A stretch of DNA of 58,257 nucleotides from Desulfurococcales archaeon (GTDB lineage: Archaea; Thermoproteota; Thermoprotei_A; Sulfolobales; NBVN01): assembly GCA_023255965.1 (NCBI GenBank), contig JAGDWE010000056.1:1-58257 (forward strand). Reading direction: 5' to 3'. Each line of letters begins with the position of its first letter. The first letter of the stretch is position 1. Shown in pieces: positions 39,504 through 49,004 of this stretch. The notes beneath the pieces are model-generated. The model did not search any database, had not been told where the DNA came from, and was given only the letters and a program-made list of their open reading frames with translations. The translations under genes were made by a program, and so were the position numbers.

Positions 39504-40577
39504 TCACCATATGATGTGCCTACGGCTCCTCCGCCTATAGCTACCTATGATATTTAATCTATATCCGCATTGAGGGCACATATTACCATCATTAAGCCTC
39601 CACTCAACTATATCGAACCCATACCTATGAATAACCATATCTCCACATTTAGGGCAGTAAGTATGCTCTAACTTATGACCAGGTAGGTTACCAAGGTATA
39701 CATGCTTTAAACCCTCATCCATAGCTACCCTAGCTAATTCCTCAAGGACATCTACAGGGGTTGGAGGGAGGTCGTCCATCATGTAGTGTGGGTAGAACCT
39801 AAGCAAATGGAATGGCGTTTCAGGGCCTAAATTATCGTTAATCCATCTAGCAAGCCTTCTAATATCATCTGCTCTGTCGCCGTACTTAGGCACCACTAAA
39901 TTAGTTACCTCTATAAACATGCCCTTACGCTTCATTAACAGCAAAGTATTGAATATGGGTTCTGAGTCAGGGACTCCCATGAATTTACGGTAGAATTCGA
40001 CATTACCTCCGCCCTTAAAGTCAACAGTCGCAGCATCCATATATCTAGACAGCTCATCTAACGCCTCATCGGTTATGTAGCCATTAGTAACCATAGTATT
40101 AAATAATCCCTCACTCTTAGCTAACTTAGCAACATCATACATATATTCATAAAATACTGTCGGCTCGTTATATGTGTAGCTAATGCCATCAGCCCCGTAT
40201 CTCTTAGCTATACTTACAACTTTCTCGGGCCTGTAGAACTCACCAAACACTTCATCCCTACGTGATTGACTTATTGTCCAGTTCTGGCAGAACTTACACA
40301 TGAAGTTGCATCCAGCCGTAGATATAGACAATACCTGTGAACCAGGCATGTAATGCATTAAGGGCTTCTTCTCTATAGGATCCAAATTGATAGCAGTTAA
40401 TAACCCATAAACCAAAGTATATAGTCTACCCCCATGATTATATCTAACACCGCAAGCTCCAAACCCATTATTAGCTATTGGACACCTCTTATAGCAGAGA
40501 TTGCACCTAACTTTACCTTCACCCAAGCTAATCCAATGCCTTGCCTCAGCAATCCAAGGCTTATTTAAATCAATCAT
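39504..40577 (-). CDS. AmmeMemoRadiSam-system radical SAM enzyme
   Basis: 357 aa. ..CNLCYKRC..GACGVR.., ..DPIEKKPLMHY.PGS.. and the radical-SAM triad CNFMCKFCQNW, plus C-terminal CPKCG..CPQCG zinc ribbon. Confidence 0.8.
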   Translation of the reverse strand: MIDLNKPWIAEARHWISLGEGKVRCNLCYKRCPIANNGFGACGVRYNHGGRLYTLVYGLLTAINLDPIEKKPLMHYMPGSQVLSISTAGCNFMCKFCQNWTISQSRRDEVFGEFYRPEKVVSIAKRYGADGISYTYNEPTVFYEYMYDVAKLAKSEGLFNTMVTNGYITDEALDELSRYMDAATVDFKGGGNVEFYRKFMGVPDSEPIFNTLLLMKRKGMFIEVTNLVVPKYGDRADDIRRLARWINDNLGPETPFHLLRFYPHYMMDDLPPTPVDVLEELARVAMDEGLKHVYLGNLPGHKLEHTYCPKCGDMVIHRYGFDIVEWRLNDGNMCPQCGYRLNIIGSYRRRSRRHIIW

Positions 40578-40659
40578 TTATATCCATTTCGTCATAGGCT
40601 TAGAAGGTTAATAAACACAGTTAAAAAGGTATGATATGAAGTAAATTTAGGATGCAAAG

Positions 40660-41556
40660 TTGCTGGTTGCCGGTCTTTCAGGAGCAAATGGATTAGATGT
40701 AAGTTTAAGTAATTTCCTAGGCATTAAATTACTTCACGTGGAGAGTAAGCTGTTCCCTGATGGTGAGTCATATATAAGGTTCATCAACTTTGAGGATGTA
40801 AGAGGTAATGATGTAGTACTGATTCAATCACTTTATCCAAACCAGGACAAGAGGTACCTTGAACTACTGCTTGCTATTGACGCTGTAAAGGATTTAGGGT
40901 GTAGAACCGTGACCGTCGTTATCCCCTACATGGCGTACTCAAGACAGGACCGTGCATTCCTACTCGGTGAGGCAGTGAGCATTAGGACGTTACTTAAGGT
41001 AATGAGTAATTTAGGGGTTGATAACTTAATTACTATTGACATTCACAAAGAGGAGTCCCTCAAGTACTTTAAAGGTGGTGTTGCTGCGAATTTAGATCCA
41101 ATCCCGTTATTTGCTGAAGTAATGAGGAACCTAACTAAGGATCCAATAGTAGTTGCCCCAGATCAAGGAGCTATGAATAGGGCACTTAAATTAAGTCGTA
41201 TGATCGGATATGGTGACTACGTACTATTCAGGAAGAGCAGAGATAGAATTACAGGCGAGATAAAACATGAGCTAGGCGAGGTTGAGGTAGCTGGTAGGGA
41301 GGTAATCATAGTCGATGACATCATAAGTACGGGAACGACCATAGCCAATATAGCTCGTTACCTACATGAGAAACATCCCTCGAAGATTTATGCAGTATGT
41401 AGTCATGGTCTCTTCGTCAATAATGCTATCAGCAAACTGATATCAAGTGGTGTAAGCGAGATATTCGCATTAAATACCGTACCATTACCAAAGAATGTAA
41501 ACATCATAGACTCGACTCCATTAATAGCAGACGCGTTAAGAAGGCTTACTAAGTAA
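40660..41556 (+). CDS. prs: ribose-phosphate pyrophosphokinase
   Basis: 298 aa (TTG start). ..FPDGES.. and PRPP loop ..VIIVDDIISTGTT... Confidence 0.9.
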   Translation: MLVAGLSGANGLDVSLSNFLGIKLLHVESKLFPDGESYIRFINFEDVRGNDVVLIQSLYPNQDKRYLELLLAIDAVKDLGCRTVTVVIPYMAYSRQDRAFLLGEAVSIRTLLKVMSNLGVDNLITIDIHKEESLKYFKGGVAANLDPIPLFAEVMRNLTKDPIVVAPDQGAMNRALKLSRMIGYGDYVLFRKSRDRITGEIKHELGEVEVAGREVIIVDDIISTGTTIANIARYLHEKHPSKIYAVCSHGLFVNNAISKLISSGVSEIFALNTVPLPKNVNIIDSTPLIADALRRLTK

Positions 41557-41564
41557 GCTTAGAT

Positions 41565-42617
41565 ATGATGATCAAAAAGTATTATGCAGTGCTATCTGGA
41601 GAGCATAGATCCCTTCCATTAGCTGAATTAAAGGCTATAATCGATTCAGAAGGAGTTCACTCAAAGGAGTTAATTAGGCTGGATATGGTGGTAATCCTTG
41701 AATCTACCGAAGAACTGCCCACATACGTAAGTAGGGCAGCATTAATTAAGTATTTTGGCGAGGTAATTGATGTACGTGAAGCAACCTCTAATTTAACTGA
41801 GATCCTCCATGATATTGACTGGGATGAGATCTTAGGTAATGTAAGTAGATACTCCGTAGATATGATAAGGATAAAGGAGTACTCTAAGTGGATTAGGTAT
41901 GATGACGTCTTAAATGCCTTTAGATCACTAGGTCTAGGTAGGTTCGTACCACCTAGTAGGATGAGTAAAAAAGGCGACGAATCAACTATAGTAATCGATT
42001 TAGTATTAAGTGACGGCTTATTAGTAATTGGTAGAAGACTTTACGAGAGGGTGTATAATGACTTTAAGGTTAGGGATCCTAAATATAGGCCTATATATAA
42101 ACCAGGAACCATGAAGTCATTGATCTCCAGAGTTTTTGTTAATTTAAGTAGGGTTAGCGTTAGAAGGAGGGAGCTCTATCTAGACCCGTTCTGTGGCGTA
42201 GGAGGTTTATTGCTTGAGGCGTGTTCTATAGGTTTGAGGTACTGCGGCTCGGATGTTGATGTTTCCTCCGTGAATGGTGCTAAACTCAATTTAATCAACT
42301 TTAACTGTCCGCCAGTAGTTGTTGTAGCAGATGCATGTAAGTTACCGTTTAGGAGCGTCGATGGGGTTGGGACTGATCCACCATATGGTAGGTTAAGTAG
42401 AGCTAGGGCCCATAAGCAGGTATATGAGTTAATGGAGTGTAGTATAGCGTGTCTAGCCGATGTTATAAGGAAAGGCGGTTACTTAGCTATAGCTCAATCC
42501 TACGACATAGAATTGAAGGATATTTTAGAGAATAGCGGATTTAAGGTGCTTGAGAAGCATTATAATTGGGTTCATGGTTCATTAACGAGAAGCATTTATG
42601 TGGCTGTTAGGTTATGA
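41565..42617 (+). CDS. THUMP-domain tRNA (guanine-N2)-methyltransferase, Trm11/Trm-G10-like
   Basis: 350 aa. N-terminal THUMP-like region and a class I MTase core with DPFCGVGG (SAM site) and TDPPYG catalytic motif. Confidence 0.7.
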   Translation: MMIKKYYAVLSGEHRSLPLAELKAIIDSEGVHSKELIRLDMVVILESTEELPTYVSRAALIKYFGEVIDVREATSNLTEILHDIDWDEILGNVSRYSVDMIRIKEYSKWIRYDDVLNAFRSLGLGRFVPPSRMSKKGDESTIVIDLVLSDGLLVIGRRLYERVYNDFKVRDPKYRPIYKPGTMKSLISRVFVNLSRVSVRRRELYLDPFCGVGGLLLEACSIGLRYCGSDVDVSSVNGAKLNLINFNCPPVVVVADACKLPFRSVDGVGTDPPYGRLSRARAHKQVYELMECSIACLADVIRKGGYLAIAQSYDIELKDILENSGFKVLEKHYNWVHGSLTRSIYVAVRL

Positions 42618-43363
42618 GCAGGAAGCTAGTATTTTTAGGGTGTAGAGCCCCTTCACCGTCGATTAACGGATTTACATCTATAGCGCTGGTCTACGACGGA
42701 GATGCGATACTCATAGACGCTGGAGAAGGTACTCAGAGGTACCTAGATCGGGCTGGGATAAGTTTAGCTAGGATCTCTACCATAATCATATCTCACTTAC
42801 ATGGGGACCATGTCCTGGGCTTAATACCATTGATGGAGTCAAGATCATTGTTGGGTATACAGCGTGATTTAACTATTTATGGGCCGCCTGGGATAAGGGA
42901 ATTTATAGAAGAGAACATGGAAATGCTCAACTTCAGACCAACTTATAATTATAACATCATTGAGGGAATCAACTTAGAAGTAAAGCATAATAAGTACGCT
43001 ATTAGCTCTTTCCCAGTACGCCATTCTATAACAACGCTAGGCTTAAAGATTAGAGTAGGTGGCTACTCAATAGTCTATACAGCTGATACCATACCATGCG
43101 ATGATGTCGTCAAGAACTCTGAAAATGCTGATATATTAATTCACGACTCAACTTATAGCTACATAGATAGGGATAAGGCTTACATGCACATGCATTCAAC
43201 TTCGGTAGATGCCGCGATTGCCGCATCTAAAGCTAATGTAGATCTACTACTACTAACCCATATTAGCCAGCGTTATAGCGACTTAAGTAGATTGCTCTAT
43301 GAAGCTAAGTCCAAGTTCTTTAATACATTGGTAGCTGAAGAATTAATGTACATTCCGTTATGA
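42614..43363 (+). CDS. rnz: ribonuclease Z (metallo-beta-lactamase)
   Basis: 249 aa. ..FLGC....., ..LIDAGEGTQR.., HLHGDH. Shorter than most RNase Z proteins. 4-nt overlap with the preceding gene. Confidence 0.75.
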   Translation: MSRKLVFLGCRAPSPSINGFTSIALVYDGDAILIDAGEGTQRYLDRAGISLARISTIIISHLHGDHVLGLIPLMESRSLLGIQRDLTIYGPPGIREFIEENMEMLNFRPTYNYNIIEGINLEVKHNKYAISSFPVRHSITTLGLKIRVGGYSIVYTADTIPCDDVVKNSENADILIHDSTYSYIDRDKAYMHMHSTSVDAAIAASKANVDLLLLTHISQRYSDLSRLLYEAKSKFFNTLVAEELMYIPL

Positions 43364-43373
43364 TTTAATTAAT

Positions 43374-43811
43374 CTATACATCAGGCATATCCCTTTCCCA
43401 TAACGGCCTGCCCTTAGATGTTTTAGGTGCTAACCAATCAATTACTTCTCTAATCTTATCGCTAGTTATAGTTATAGTTATAGGGCCTAATGGTGATTCA
43501 TCATCGTGCGTTATTAATGAAAGCTTGCCGATGAACGCTGACTGCTTATGAATCTTTAACGTTAACGTGTTATTGATTAGAGATTTAAACATCACGCTAC
43601 GAGCAGTATCTAGTATTCTCTCAACCCGTAGTATATGATGAAGTTTAAGAAGCGACCTAATGCTATTTGATTCACCAATCAATAGCTTAAGCCCGCCTCC
43701 CAGCTCAATAATGTTAAAGTCATCGACATCAATTATATTAGTTATGGCTTTCTTAACTTTCTCAACCTCTTCAGTAGGCCTTACCTCAGCCTCAACCCTT
43801 ACCTTAATCAC
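43374..43811 (-). CDS. UPF0201 (COG1931) family protein, putative RNA-binding
   Basis: 145 aa. The N-terminus MIKVRVEAEVRPTEEVEKVKKAI.. matches my memory of the UPF0201 signature. Paired with the UPF0200-type kinase gene, as in Sulfolobus. Confidence 0.5.
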   Translation of the reverse strand: MIKVRVEAEVRPTEEVEKVKKAITNIIDVDDFNIIELGGGLKLLIGESNSIRSLLKLHHILRVERILDTARSVMFKSLINNTLTLKIHKQSAFIGKLSLITHDDESPLGPITITITSDKIREVIDWLAPKTSKGRPLWERDMPDV

Positions 43812-43847
43812 TTAAATCCCTACTTCATTATTCTACTTAATTTAAAA

Positions 43848-44438
43848 TTAATCAAATCGTATCATGAGTTTCTTAATTATTGTGGATGCGAATTTCATTA
43901 AATCATCGAGAGGCAGATCTTCATTAACTATCATGATATCTGCTAAAGCTATAACTGACCCTAGCCCTAACTCGAGTTCCGAGATATCCCTGCGGACGAA
44001 TTCATCCCACGTCTTAGGGTCGCTTTCCCTACCTCTTAATACTAACCTATTGAATCTAGTTCTAGGCGATGAATGAATGGCTACTATATAAGTCCTTCCA
44101 CTGATTTCCTTAAATGCTTTCACTTCCTCCAAACTTCTAACACCATCTACAACTACGACCTTGGCATTCGCCTCCTTAATCTTCTTAATTACCTCCCTAG
44201 CTATGAAGTCAGAACCTCTCTCCCTACGTAATAACTTAGCAAATTCCATTAACGTATTTGAGCTAAGCTTAATACCTTTTTTAATGGCCTCTTCCCTGAC
44301 AATGTCACCCATAGATATAATGATGTCAGCGAATTCCTTGAGTCCCCTAGCCACGACGGATTTCCCAGACCCAGGCATACCGGCTATGCATATTATTATG
44401 CGTTCAGAGCGGGACGTACTTGAAGTCGTTCTTAACAC
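43848..44438 (-). CDS. P-loop nucleotide/nucleoside kinase-like protein (UPF0200 type)
   Basis: 196 aa with Walker A GMPGSGKS and an adenylate/dephospho-CoA-kinase-like layout (..VVVDGVRSLEEV..). Substrate unknown. Confidence 0.6.
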   Translation of the reverse strand: MLRTTSSTSRSERIIICIAGMPGSGKSVVARGLKEFADIIISMGDIVREEAIKKGIKLSSNTLMEFAKLLRRERGSDFIAREVIKKIKEANAKVVVVDGVRSLEEVKAFKEISGRTYIVAIHSSPRTRFNRLVLRGRESDPKTWDEFVRRDISELELGLGSVIALADIMIVNEDLPLDDLMKFASTIIKKLMIRFD

Positions 44439-44561
44439 CTTAAATACTGTTATGTTGGGTCCTTTAATATCTACTTTAAAGCCTAGTAATAATTCCGTTT
44501 GAGTATTAAGCGGGACGTACTTTATGTTTTAGATTAAACACAGCTAATAGAAGGTGCTTTA

Positions 44562-44759
44562 ATGCCAGTCATATATAGATGCAGCAAGTGTGGTAGCATC
44601 CTTTATTCATTTGAGAAGGTTGGTCAGGATTTCTATGGTCTTCCAACACCTTCAGAGCTGTTTATTAAACTCAACGGCAAATGCCCCAAATGCCATAAGG
44701 ACTTAAATAAACCTAGTTTAAATCATATAAAAATCTTAAGTACCCTGACCAAGCCATAA
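44562..44759 (+). CDS. small zinc-ribbon protein
   Basis: 65 aa with CSKCGS ... CPKCHK (two CxxC pairs). Its 3' end overlaps the convergent cca gene by 24 nt. Confidence 0.4.
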   Translation: MPVIYRCSKCGSILYSFEKVGQDFYGLPTPSELFIKLNGKCPKCHKDLNKPSLNHIKILSTLTKP

Positions 44760-46148
44760 CGGCTTTTTACGTATAAAGCTATTTAACCACACTTTAAAGT
44801 TATCCTCCGATAAATACAATTGTTTTAAGTCATTTAGAGTAATTACAGAGCAACTGATTATATGCTTAATGCTAATTATATCCCTAACGCCATTCATTAA
44901 AACCTCATACGGAGTTACATACTTCCGTCTCTTCATAATCACCAACTCACCATATTCATTAATCCATGGACCCACTATATCGCTCTGCCCTAGATACTTA
45001 CTAAGGAATTTATCTGTATCATCAACTCTAAATACCTTAGGACCTAAATGTAATTTATATGTTGAGAGCTTGGGTGGTGTAACCTCGTACAATATTAATG
45101 CCCTGCTGACTTCATCACACCATATACCGTAGTCCACAACTACGAAATCGTGGTTCCTCAACACGTTAATCCCGCGTCTTAGCCCTCTCTTAAGCTCACC
45201 CCATATGATGTCCGGTGATGTACCTACCGCATAATTTACCATGTATCCCACTATCGATGTCTGCCGTATCTCTATCAGGTTATTTAATACTTCCCACGAA
45301 GATGTTGCAGGCTGTGGAAAGAAGAAGTTAATAGACGGCCTTTCTAGAAAGGTTCTAGCGGCTAGTACTGCCTTAGAGAAGGATCCAAGTGCTACCGCAG
45401 CTGCCGCGTTTCTCCTCGGATCTACAGGATCTGGAACTATTAATGGCTTTTCACCATAGATCCTTATATAATCCTTAACATCAGCCGATCTCCTATTGAT
45501 GTCCAGCACCTGCGGCGGCGACCAATTAGCTATTCCATGTAACGCATTTATGAAAGAGCCATAATAAACTATTAGCAACTCTGTAAGGTATCCTGAAAAG
45601 CCTTCAACCTTAATCTCAGCACCATATACGTTAATGGATTTGAAGAACTTTTTAAGGAGTCTAACCTCATTGACTTTCTCATCGTGTAGTCTTTCTCTAA
45701 TAAAGCGTGTATGGAATGGTGTCCTATCCACTGCAGTTTTAACCTCCTCAATGCTATATGCCATATATGCTGGAACTATATCTACTTCCATCCCATTAAC
45801 GTCTAACCTGATATAGGGGTGTGAAGCATATAGCTTCCTCGGTTTGTACTCACTTAGTACCTTAGCAATTTCATCAATAAGCTCCTCAAGCCACTCCTGA
45901 CTCATTTTATCGTTCCTAATAAGGATGAATATATCTAAGTCGGTTTCACCCCTTAGATGGGTGTTCTTAACCACGGAACCCTCAAGAGTTATGGAGTATG
46001 GAAAACCGAGCTCCTTAACTATTCCTTCAATACGTGACTTAATGATTTTAAATAGTTCGTAAGCCTTGCTAGTCTCCTCACTTGATGGTATAATGTACTT
46101 TAATACCTCATTACAGATGTCCTTAATTAAATCCGATGATTCGCGCAT
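44736..46148 (-). CDS. cca: CCA-adding enzyme (archaeal class I tRNA nucleotidyltransferase)
   Basis: 470 aa. ..LEGSVVKNTHLRGETDLDIFIL.. (G[SG] and DxD nucleotidyltransferase motifs) and archaeal CCA length. Confidence 0.9.
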   Translation of the reverse strand: MRESSDLIKDICNEVLKYIIPSSEETSKAYELFKIIKSRIEGIVKELGFPYSITLEGSVVKNTHLRGETDLDIFILIRNDKMSQEWLEELIDEIAKVLSEYKPRKLYASHPYIRLDVNGMEVDIVPAYMAYSIEEVKTAVDRTPFHTRFIRERLHDEKVNEVRLLKKFFKSINVYGAEIKVEGFSGYLTELLIVYYGSFINALHGIANWSPPQVLDINRRSADVKDYIRIYGEKPLIVPDPVDPRRNAAAAVALGSFSKAVLAARTFLERPSINFFFPQPATSSWEVLNNLIEIRQTSIVGYMVNYAVGTSPDIIWGELKRGLRRGINVLRNHDFVVVDYGIWCDEVSRALILYEVTPPKLSTYKLHLGPKVFRVDDTDKFLSKYLGQSDIVGPWINEYGELVIMKRRKYVTPYEVLMNGVRDIISIKHIISCSVITLNDLKQLYLSEDNFKVWLNSFIRKKPLWLGQGT

Positions 46149-46149
46149 C

Positions 46150-46719
46150 TCAATCAGCTAGCTGTACCTCAAATAGGTCCGTATATATAGGGCCCTTAGG
46201 AGTTAGAGTGCTCTTCTTCAACTTTACCCTAGTAACAGGGGAAGTCCCTACCTCGATATTTCCTAGTTCTATAAATAGATTTGCTATGCATTGATTCGAT
46301 CTAAACGACTTAATACGAGCTAACGTTATATGCGGTACGAATTCCTCCCTTTCGCCGCTAATTCCTAACTTCCTTAGACCCGACTCTATATGATCTCTAA
46401 TCAACTTTAGTTGAGTTGAACCATCAGAGATGCCCAACCATATCACCCTAGGCCTGCTCTGGGAAGGAAACGCCCCCAAACCACGCAACCTAATACTGAA
46501 TTTCTTAAATCCCCTAATCCCCTCTAATACCTTAATAACGTCCTTTACGGTAATGTCGCTAATCTCACCTATGAATCTCAGTGTGATGTGCAGGTTTTCA
46601 TCCTCAACAACCTTTAAATCGATGTCAGATGAACATGCTGCAACTCTATCTCTAATACGTATTATCTCATTCAGTATCCTAACATCCTCAATCTCAACAG
46701 CGATAAACACCCTAGGCAC
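46150..46719 (-). CDS. thpR: RNA 2',3'-cyclic phosphodiesterase (2H family, ThpR/LigT)
   Basis: 189 aa with two HxT motifs (HITLRF and HITLAR). 1-nt gap to cca. Confidence 0.85.
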   Translation of the reverse strand: MPRVFIAVEIEDVRILNEIIRIRDRVAACSSDIDLKVVEDENLHITLRFIGEISDITVKDVIKVLEGIRGFKKFSIRLRGLGAFPSQSRPRVIWLGISDGSTQLKLIRDHIESGLRKLGISGEREEFVPHITLARIKSFRSNQCIANLFIELGNIEVGTSPVTRVKLKKSTLTPKGPIYTDLFEVQLAD

Positions 46720-46786
46720 ATTACCATCCCGTCAATTTTCTGAATTAAAACTATTTAAAGCTATAACTTAAAATTTAAAGTAGTAC

Positions 46787-46900
46787 GGGGCCGTCGTCTA
46801 GCTTGGCTAGGATGCCAGCCTGGGGAGGAATCCCCGCCAGAGCGCTGGTAGGGTCTTTAAACCCCCAGCACGGTCCCGGGTTCAAATCCCGGCGGCCCCA
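46787..46900 (+). tRNA. tRNA-Pro (anticodon GGG) with two introns
   Basis: Hand-folded. Acceptor GGGGCCG/CGGCCCC plus discriminator A. D arm GUCU..GGAU. Anticodon stem CCAGC/GCUGG with loop CUGGGG|..|C. T arm CCGGG-UUCAAAU-CCCGG. About 17 nt (46826-46842) interrupt position 37/38 and contain CCCC complementary to the anticodon. About 22 nt (46850-46871) interrupt the variable-loop region. The mature length comes to 75 nt. CCA is not encoded. Confidence 0.85.
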
Positions 46901-46972
46901 CCTTTAGACGTGCTAACCTTTTAAATAAAACCCGAATCCAATGATTTAATTAGTTAGCAAGGTACCAGGGAG

Positions 46973-47146
46973 ATGATGAACACGGAAATAGAGTTAGAGC
47001 TCGTCGAGGAATACATTATAAATGATGAACATAGGTTTAAACTTAGAGTTAAAGGAACCAAGCTAATATTTAATGTATCGGCAACTAATCTTGAGGAAGC
47101 AGTTAATAAAGTCATCACAATCATGAAGAGCCTAAAATTATTTTAA
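46973..47146 (+). CDS. small hypothetical protein (57 aa)
   Basis: Not in the ORF track. My translation is MMNTEIELELVEEYIINDEHRFKLRVKGTKLIFNVSATNLEEAVNKVITIMKSLKLF. The start is preceded by a purine-rich gggag. The beta-beta-alpha-like pattern is vaguely Pcc1-like, but this is not secure. Confidence 0.3.
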   Translation: MMNTEIELELVEEYIINDEHRFKLRVKGTKLIFNVSATNLEEAVNKVITIMKSLKLF

Positions 47147-47404
47147 GTTGCCGATTTCCGGTAGCAATCATTAAATCCCACATGACTTCGTTATAATGAC
47201 ATCGATTCTTACGCTTAGCAAAAGTTTTAAGTTGCTCATTGCGCTTGAGTATGAGGAAGCGGAGCTCATAGACCTCCATAGATCGCTATCATTTGATCCC
47301 TATAATGAGTACTTAATCGGGTACTGAGATTTGGAGGCATTTAAATGTAGCGTTGATTAGGAAAACTATTTTAAGACTTAGTACATTAGTGATTATGGTA
47401 CGTA

Positions 47405-47719
47405 ATGAAGCGTAAGAAGTTAGTATTTAAGAGTAAGTACGCACGGGATATACTGCTTAGGCGTAAGGTAGCTACTATAAGGCTACTTAGTAACGTTAAC
47501 GTAGGAGATGTCGTCGATGTTATAGCAGGCCATTTAAAGGTTGGTACAGCTGTAGTAGAGGGAGTGGCCGTAAAGAAATTAAGGGATTTGGATGAGATCG
47601 ATGCTTTAATGGACGGCTATAGAAGTAAAGATGACTTGCTCAGAGATCTACGTAAGATCTATGGAAATAAAATTAGAGATGATACCGAGGTAAAGATAGT
47701 ATACTTCAGGTTGCTCTAG
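47405..47719 (+). CDS. ASCH-domain (PUA-like fold) protein
   Basis: 104 aa with the pattern ..LVFKSKYARDILLRRKVATIR...VGDVV........G.A.V..V....L.....DA..DGY.. typical of ASCH domains. Confidence 0.55.
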   Translation: MKRKKLVFKSKYARDILLRRKVATIRLLSNVNVGDVVDVIAGHLKVGTAVVEGVAVKKLRDLDEIDALMDGYRSKDDLLRDLRKIYGNKIRDDTEVKIVYFRLL

Positions 47720-47782
47720 TGCGTGATTTAGGGATTTTAGCGAAGAGTCTCACAGTATATATGCTTTCTTAGTTATACTTTA

Positions 47783-49003
47783 ATGGTGGTGTACTTAATG
47801 AGCATCTCTGAGGATCGAAACCGCAGATATCAAGACATAATGGACTACGTCAGGTATCTAGAACAAAGGATTCAGGAGTTAGAGGCAGAGGTCTCATTAT
47901 TAAGGAAAGAGATAAAATACTATAAACAGGAAATCGATAAATTAATGGCCCCTCCATTAATTGAAGGAATATTACTTGAAGTACTAGACGATGAGAGAGC
48001 CGTTGTAAAGAGCTCCTCAGGGCCTAATTTAATAGTTTACGTGAGTAATAACCTAGATAGAAGTAAATTGCTTCCAGGCGCTTACGTAGCTCTGAATCAA
48101 AGGGGGTCAGCTATAGTTGAGATCCTCCCAATGAGGGAGGACCCGGCTGTTAGGGCTATGGAAATCATTGAAAGACCGAAAATTAGGTACTCAGATGTCG
48201 GGGGCTTAAGCAATCAAATACAGGAGTTAAGGGAGGTCATTGAAATACCGCTGAAGATGCCTGATGTTATACGGGATCTAGGCATTGAGCCTCCTAAGGG
48301 GGTCCTACTCTACGGTCCTCCTGGCTGTGGTAAGACGTTACTTGCTAAGGCAGTAGCGGGCGAGTCCAACGCTACATTTATAAGGTTGGTCGCATCGGAG
48401 TTAGCACAAAAATTCGTTGGCGAAGGAGCACGCATGGTTAGGGAACTATTTTCTTTAGCCAGGCGTAAGGCTCCTTCTATAGTACTAATAGATGAGATTG
48501 ATGCTATAGCTGCTAGGAGACTTGAAGTAGGAACTAGCGGAGAGAGGGAAATACATCGAACACTAACACAATTACTAGCTGAGTTGGACGGCTTCGATGC
48601 CTTGGATAACGTTAAGGTCATAGCAACAACTAATAGGATAGATATACTAGACCCAGCACTGCTAAGGCCTGGCAGGTTTGATAGACTTATTGAAATTCCG
48701 TTGCCCGACCTAAAGGGTAGGATTGAGATATTTGAAATACATACCAAGAAGATGAAGTTAGGAGTAGATGTTAATATAAGGGAGTTAGCAATGATGACCG
48801 AAGGTGCTACGGGAGCCGACATTAAATCGATATGCACTGAGGCGGGTTTCTATGCGTTAAGGAGCGAGAGGAGGTATGTTACTCAAGATGACTTCATAAA
48901 GGCCATCAATAAAGTACTTAAGAACAGATTTAGGCCCTACACTAATGCCTCAGAATACATTGTTAGAAATAATACAGACAAAAATAATCAGTTGGTGATT
49001 TAG
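47783..49003 (+). CDS. pan: proteasome-activating nucleotidase (PAN, AAA ATPase)
   Basis: 406 aa. N-terminal coiled coil, OB-like segment, Walker A GPPGCGKT and Walker B VLIDEID. The start may be the downstream Met (MSISED..). Confidence 0.9.
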   Translation: MVVYLMSISEDRNRRYQDIMDYVRYLEQRIQELEAEVSLLRKEIKYYKQEIDKLMAPPLIEGILLEVLDDERAVVKSSSGPNLIVYVSNNLDRSKLLPGAYVALNQRGSAIVEILPMREDPAVRAMEIIERPKIRYSDVGGLSNQIQELREVIEIPLKMPDVIRDLGIEPPKGVLLYGPPGCGKTLLAKAVAGESNATFIRLVASELAQKFVGEGARMVRELFSLARRKAPSIVLIDEIDAIAARRLEVGTSGEREIHRTLTQLLAELDGFDALDNVKVIATTNRIDILDPALLRPGRFDRLIEIPLPDLKGRIEIFEIHTKKMKLGVDVNIRELAMMTEGATGADIKSICTEAGFYALRSERRYVTQDDFIKAINKVLKNRFRPYTNASEYIVRNNTDKNNQLVI

Positions 49004-49004
49004 C

